Source of the DNA: Promethearchaeota archaeon
GTDB lineage: Archaea > Asgardarchaeota > Lokiarchaeia > Sigyniarchaeales > SOKP01
Length of the DNA: 53,751 nt
NCBI GenBank assembly: GCA_016840165.1
Contig: JAEOSU010000081.1
Span: forward strand, 1-53,751
Direction: 5' to 3'
Positions 49,618 to 53,751 of this stretch are shown piece after piece. The notes under the pieces are model-generated. The model worked only from the letters and a program-made list of their open reading frames with translations, did not search any database and had not been told where the DNA came from. Every line of letters begins with the position of its first letter. Position 1 is the stretch's first letter. Position numbers and translations under genes: made by a program.

Positions 49618-50415
49618 TTGATTAATATGAAAGTTGGTTATATTCAAACATCCCCGATTTTTGGTGAAAAACAACAAAATTTTGACAATATTGATCTGAT
49701 TATTTCGAAAACAAAAGCAGATATATTAGTATTGCCTGAACTTTTTGCTACGGGATACACTTTTAGCTCAAGGAAGGAAGTTGCCGCATTAGCAGAGAGT
49801 GTAGAAGGGAAGACTGCTGGTTTTTTAAAAAATCTCGCGAAAAAAACAAATGCACTGATTATCGGAGGATATATTGAAAATTATAATGGGAAAATATACA
49901 ATTCAGCTATGATCGTATCAAAAGAAGGAGTATTAGGAAATTATCGTAAAATTCATTTATATTATAAGGAAAATTTATGGTTTGAACATGGAGATATGCC
50001 ATTAAAGGTTTTCAAATTTAAAGAATTTACTTTAGGTGTAATGATATGCTTTGATTGGTTTTTTCCAGAAACAGCTCGTAGCTTAGCTTTACTTGGTGCA
50101 GATATTATTGCTCATCCGTCTAATTTAGTCCTTCCATATTGTCAAGATGCGATGGTGACTCGTTGCTTGGAAAATAAAGTTTATGCTATTACCTCTAACA
50201 GAGTTGGAGTAGAAAGACGAGGTGGAGATTCTTTTAAATTCACAGGAAAAAGCCAAATAACATCATATAATGGTGAAATCTTATCATCTGCTCCGAGATC
50301 CGAAACTTTTATAGATATAGTAGATATTGAATTAGGAGAAGTGAGAGATAAATCTATAAATGCTTATAATCATATATTTAAAGATCGAAAGGTGGAATTT
50401 TACAAAAATAAATAG
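49618..50415 (+). CDS. carbon-nitrogen hydrolase (nitrilase superfamily)
   Basis: Catalytic triad motifs LPELF, YRKIHL, and ICFDW.FPE. Confidence 0.92.
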   Translation: MINMKVGYIQTSPIFGEKQQNFDNIDLIISKTKADILVLPELFATGYTFSSRKEVAALAESVEGKTAGFLKNLAKKTNALIIGGYIENYNGKIYNSAMIVSKEGVLGNYRKIHLYYKENLWFEHGDMPLKVFKFKEFTLGVMICFDWFFPETARSLALLGADIIAHPSNLVLPYCQDAMVTRCLENKVYAITSNRVGVERRGGDSFKFTGKSQITSYNGEILSSAPRSETFIDIVDIELGEVRDKSINAYNHIFKDRKVEFYKNK

Positions 50416-50417
50416 TT

Positions 50418-51806
50418 TTATATCTCCTCTCGAAGTTTTATAATTTTTTTTTTAATTTTTTTTATTTGAGAATCCGCATCGGATAAGTCGTATATCAAAA
50501 AATTTTCATAAATTTTGATTGCCTTTTGAAAATTATTAATACTATTAATAAAATCTCCTTTCTTTTCATATTTTTCTGCCATCTCTAATAAAAAGTCTAA
50601 TTCAACCTTTTTTGATTTAAATTCTTGCTCAAATAATATTTGGGAGATTTTTGTTACATCGCTTTTTAATTTGAACTTTTTTGCGATGAATAGAGCTTTA
50701 TTATATTCTTTTAACGCGACTTCATAAGCAACATCCTTAGCAGCATTTTTCCCTCTTTTTATATACTCTTTAATTAGTTTTTTAGCTGTAATAATATCAA
50801 TTGTTTTCACCTCTTCCTCTAGCTCTCTTAAATCCCCATTATTTATTGTAATAGCGGATATTGATCGCATTTTGGATTTTTTTACATTAATCGCATCTTT
50901 TTTATTTTCCATATCACTATAGAGAGCTTCTAATTTAATTGGAATTATCACTTGATTCTCAAGAAGTTGAAAAATCTCATACAAAACGACCTTGGCATCG
51001 ATACTAACGATTTTTTTAACTCTATTCAAGAGATTGTTGATATAGAAAAAAGATTTTGATATTATCATTTCGTTGACAATGTTAAATATTGCTTTTCGGA
51101 TAGGGCTCTCATTTATTGCTTCTAGAAATTCTGGTTGAATAGAATGAGCTAAAGTAAGTGGAAATACTAATTTGATATTAAAAGACTTAATTAAAAAATC
51201 AATCATATCGCTGTTTTTAATTTCACCGGTTTCTTGAAAGTTGAGTAAATCATTCTCAAATTGATTCTCAAATTGATATAAAAATTGAAACATTTGAGAT
51301 TTCAAGTAGTCTGAAGGTCCTTCATCAAGGATTAAGCATACTCTTATAAAATTACCGTTCTTAAGAAAAATATTAAAATTTTCATATTGAAATTCATAGA
51401 ACTGGGTTCCTAAATTTATATTTGTGTTTTTTTTAGTAATATTTCCTGACTCTGAAAAGGTTATATTTGCTTGGATAAAACCACTTAATAGATTTGTATC
51501 AATTTCTACATCAGAAACAGCATAATTCAAGATTGTAAGACCAGATTCCTTATCTATGATAATTATATGTTTAATGTTCAATATATCTAAAAATTTATTC
51601 CAAATTACCTCTCTTCTCATTTCTAGATCTTTTTCATATGATTCAATTCGAAAAATCTCAAAACTAGCATCTATTTCGAAACCTAACTTCTCCAGTTGGA
51701 GTTTTATACATTCAATACAAGATTTTCCTTTGTCTAGACAGCTATTTATGTCATTTCCACAATTATAACCTAATCCATTTAATTTGAAATAAACCGTGAA
51801 ACTCAA
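50418..51806 (-). CDS. Cys-rich N-terminus + longin-like domain + winged helix + TPR protein
   Basis: IKHIIIIDKESGLTI...DTNLLSGFIQA longin pattern; TPR-like ALKEYNKAL and GDFINSINNFQKAI. Confidence 0.7.
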   Translation of the reverse strand: MSFTVYFKLNGLGYNCGNDINSCLDKGKSCIECIKLQLEKLGFEIDASFEIFRIESYEKDLEMRREVIWNKFLDILNIKHIIIIDKESGLTILNYAVSDVEIDTNLLSGFIQANITFSESGNITKKNTNINLGTQFYEFQYENFNIFLKNGNFIRVCLILDEGPSDYLKSQMFQFLYQFENQFENDLLNFQETGEIKNSDMIDFLIKSFNIKLVFPLTLAHSIQPEFLEAINESPIRKAIFNIVNEMIISKSFFYINNLLNRVKKIVSIDAKVVLYEIFQLLENQVIIPIKLEALYSDMENKKDAINVKKSKMRSISAITINNGDLRELEEEVKTIDIITAKKLIKEYIKRGKNAAKDVAYEVALKEYNKALFIAKKFKLKSDVTKISQILFEQEFKSKKVELDFLLEMAEKYEKKGDFINSINNFQKAIKIYENFLIYDLSDADSQIKKIKKKIIKLREEI

Positions 51807-51928
51807 CCCAAAAATTATTTTCCTTGTCTTAATTTGTAGTAAATCAAAAGTTTTTAAATCTTGTTATGAATGAATAATACTAGACAAGATATCTCGGAAA
51901 AAAAAGATTAAATAAAAGATCTAGTCAA

Positions 51929-52366
51929 TCAATAGGCATTTTTTATGGTTTCAAAGTTTTTCTCATAATCTTCAGGATTTCCCCCCTCCATAATAAAATC
52001 AATGAAGACAACCAAGCTTTTCATAAATAAGTCCGCAGCAATATCTAGAACACTCATTTGGCTTTCTAATTCAAACTCAGTCCAGATCGTAACTTCTGTC
52101 TTTTCACCTTTTGATTCAAAGATATAACCAATCTTTTCCATAGGGCTTCCTTCTTGGGTGGAACTCATTTTTTTAAGAGGGATATTTTCTATTTCAGTAT
52201 TGATGATATCTCCTACATTCGTCTTTAGAAAGTATTTTTTTGGTTCCATTTCGGTTACCTCATTGACCACGATATTCCAAACGGGTAAGCTGTCATAATT
52301 GTTTAAGACTTCATAGACCTTTTCTACTGGGGCGGTTAATAAATGTTTTTTTTCTATTCTAGGCAT
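51929..52366 (-). CDS. SRPBCC/START family protein
   Basis: APVEKVYEVLNNYDSLPVW and GEKTEVT. Confidence 0.8.
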   Translation of the reverse strand: MPRIEKKHLLTAPVEKVYEVLNNYDSLPVWNIVVNEVTEMEPKKYFLKTNVGDIINTEIENIPLKKMSSTQEGSPMEKIGYIFESKGEKTEVTIWTEFELESQMSVLDIAADLFMKSLVVFIDFIMEGGNPEDYEKNFETIKNAY

Positions 52367-52728
52367 GATAATCGTTTAATTTGATTATTTTTTATCATTA
52401 AATTGTGAATCTATTATATTAATCTTTATTGTTTTTTCCTAATTATTTTAAAACCAAAAATAAAGCAAATTAGTTTTTTCAAAATCGAAATTAGACAGAA
52501 AATAAAAAGTAAGATAAAATTGTATCCAGAACACACTCCCATTTTCTCATAACTAAAATTTATCTAATTATCTCCTTTTACAAAATCCTTAATACTCTAA
52601 GCCTGAATCCTATAATCCTCTTTCGATTGCCATACACTCGCGCTGTTGAGAATGGCGGGCTAAATAGGTCGCCCGGAAGCTTCCTACGTACACCCCCATC
52701 TCAGCAACCCCGTCTTTTACGGGTGCGC

Positions 52729-52899
52729 TCGTCTCTTCCCCATGGTTCGCGTCACCGCGCCCCACTCTTGTTATTTAACATGTTATTCATTTTAATTATG
52801 ATATTTTCTAAGAAGTTAGCGTCTGATAAACACAGGAAATCTTACTAACTTTATCAACTAAAATAGACCTCATTGATTATAACGTTTTGGGACAAGATT
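52729..52899 (-). other. expanded H98/ES39 region of 23S rRNA (about 170 nt, AU-rich core)
   Basis: Lies between the H94 3' strand (AGTCATCC, 52900-52907) and H99/H100. It is closed by a TCTTGTCCCA/TGGGGAAGA helix. Confidence 0.75.
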
Positions 52900-53077
52900 G
52901 GATGACTATTTTCAGGACCGGCTTCGTGCTTAGATGCTTTCAGCACTTATCCGTTAGCGCGTAGCTGCCCGGCATTGCCTTGTCAGACAACCGGTACACC
53001 AGAGGCGCCGGCAAAATGTTCCTCTCGTACTGATTTTCCCTTACCTTCAGTCATCCCACATACCTGGTAGATAGAAT

Positions 53078-53120
<43 letters not shown>

Positions 53121-53209
53121 TTAATGGGCGTACAGCCCCACCCTTGGCAGTTATGTGCGCTGCCAGGATAGGAAGAGCCGACATCGAGGAAGCAAGCCAC
53201 GAGGTCGAT

Positions 53210-53244
53210 TTATCCAATCTACACTTTATTATTGCTCCAGATTT
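53210..53244 (-). other. 35-nt BHB intron in 23S rRNA helix 89 loop
   Basis: rRNA sense reads GA-GTCC-CT^A-AATCT...AGATT-GGAT-AA^A-TC. Excision restores AAGAGTCCCTATCGAC. Confidence 0.85.
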
Positions 53245-53751
53245 AGGGACTCTTACTCGTGACAACTCTGTTACCCCCGGGGTAATTTTTCTATCACCTC
53301 AACAACCCACACGAGGTTTGTTAAGGATCGCTAGACCAGGCGTTAGCCTCAGGATTCCTTAGTGATCAGAATCCAGTCAGGCCAGCTTTTGCTCTTAAAC
53401 TCTACAGCGGATTCCTGACCCGCCTGAGCTGACCATTGGTTTCTCTAGATATTTTTTCTAGAGAGAGCCGCCCCAGCCAAACTGCCCACCTGCTGATGTT
53501 CGACATTTGTGATGCCGTTAGTGATTCCAGGAAAGAAAACCGGTGTTCCAATGATGCTCCCCATCCACCGAAATGGATGGATCTATGCTCCCGGCTACGC
53601 TCTGTATCTAGCCCAAAACCACAACAACAAGCTGCAGTAAAACTCCACGGGGTCTTCTCGTCCCACCAGGTATCTCCGGACCGTTCGCCGGAGTGTAATT
53701 TCAATCGTCAGAAGGCTGGGACAATAGGGAGAACGTTGGACCATTCATGCA

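Noticed and set aside
1409-51768. Short overlapping ORFs in the track (e.g. 1409, 4473, 8909, 10126, 13457, 16324, 19156, 19199, 22315, 28387, 31327, 31731, 32810, 36018, 37447, 38366, 40141, 42447, 42851, 44863, 45553, 47152, 49003, 51556)
   Set aside because: Antisense or alternative-frame shadows of well-supported genes, with no motifs.
52627-52760. GC-rich block that first looked like a 5S rRNA after the 23S
   Set aside because: It matches the 23S 3' helices H99-H101 (CCCGTAAAAGACGGG, GGGGTGTA...TTTAGCCC), set apart by the ES39 insert. No 5S gene is visible.

Overview
This is an AT-rich, gene-dense archaeal chromosome segment. The gene content points strongly to an Asgard archaeon, probably Lokiarchaeia (inference): PolD DP1/DP2, unsplit Rpo2, Cdc6, PAN, CarS, three Rab-like GTPases (one fused to a roadblock domain), two longin-domain proteins, and a 23S rRNA with an enlarged H98/ES39 region. 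Most of the window is housekeeping. The most notable signal lies in the first 6 kb, where three minus-strand genes look like parts of a eukaryote-type actin-regulation toolkit. (i) An unannotated 50-aa ORF (5626-5778) carries a near-canonical WH2 motif (ELQNEIRKGVTLQKV). (ii) A 150-aa protein (2043-2495) has a coiled coil, polyproline/GPPPPP and a C-terminal helix resembling the Ena/VASP F-actin-binding or WASP C helix. (iii) An adjacent 207-aa all-helical protein (2633-3256) looks BAR-like. Four bulge-helix-bulge (BHB) introns are readable directly: two in tRNA-Thr(CGU), one in the T-loop of tRNA-Lys(UUU), and a 35-nt one in 23S helix 89. RtcB and archease are encoded in the same window. Other points are a probable ATT-initiated longin gene and a missed zinc-ribbon microprotein. 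All homology calls come from motif recognition and recalled family sequences; no searches were run.
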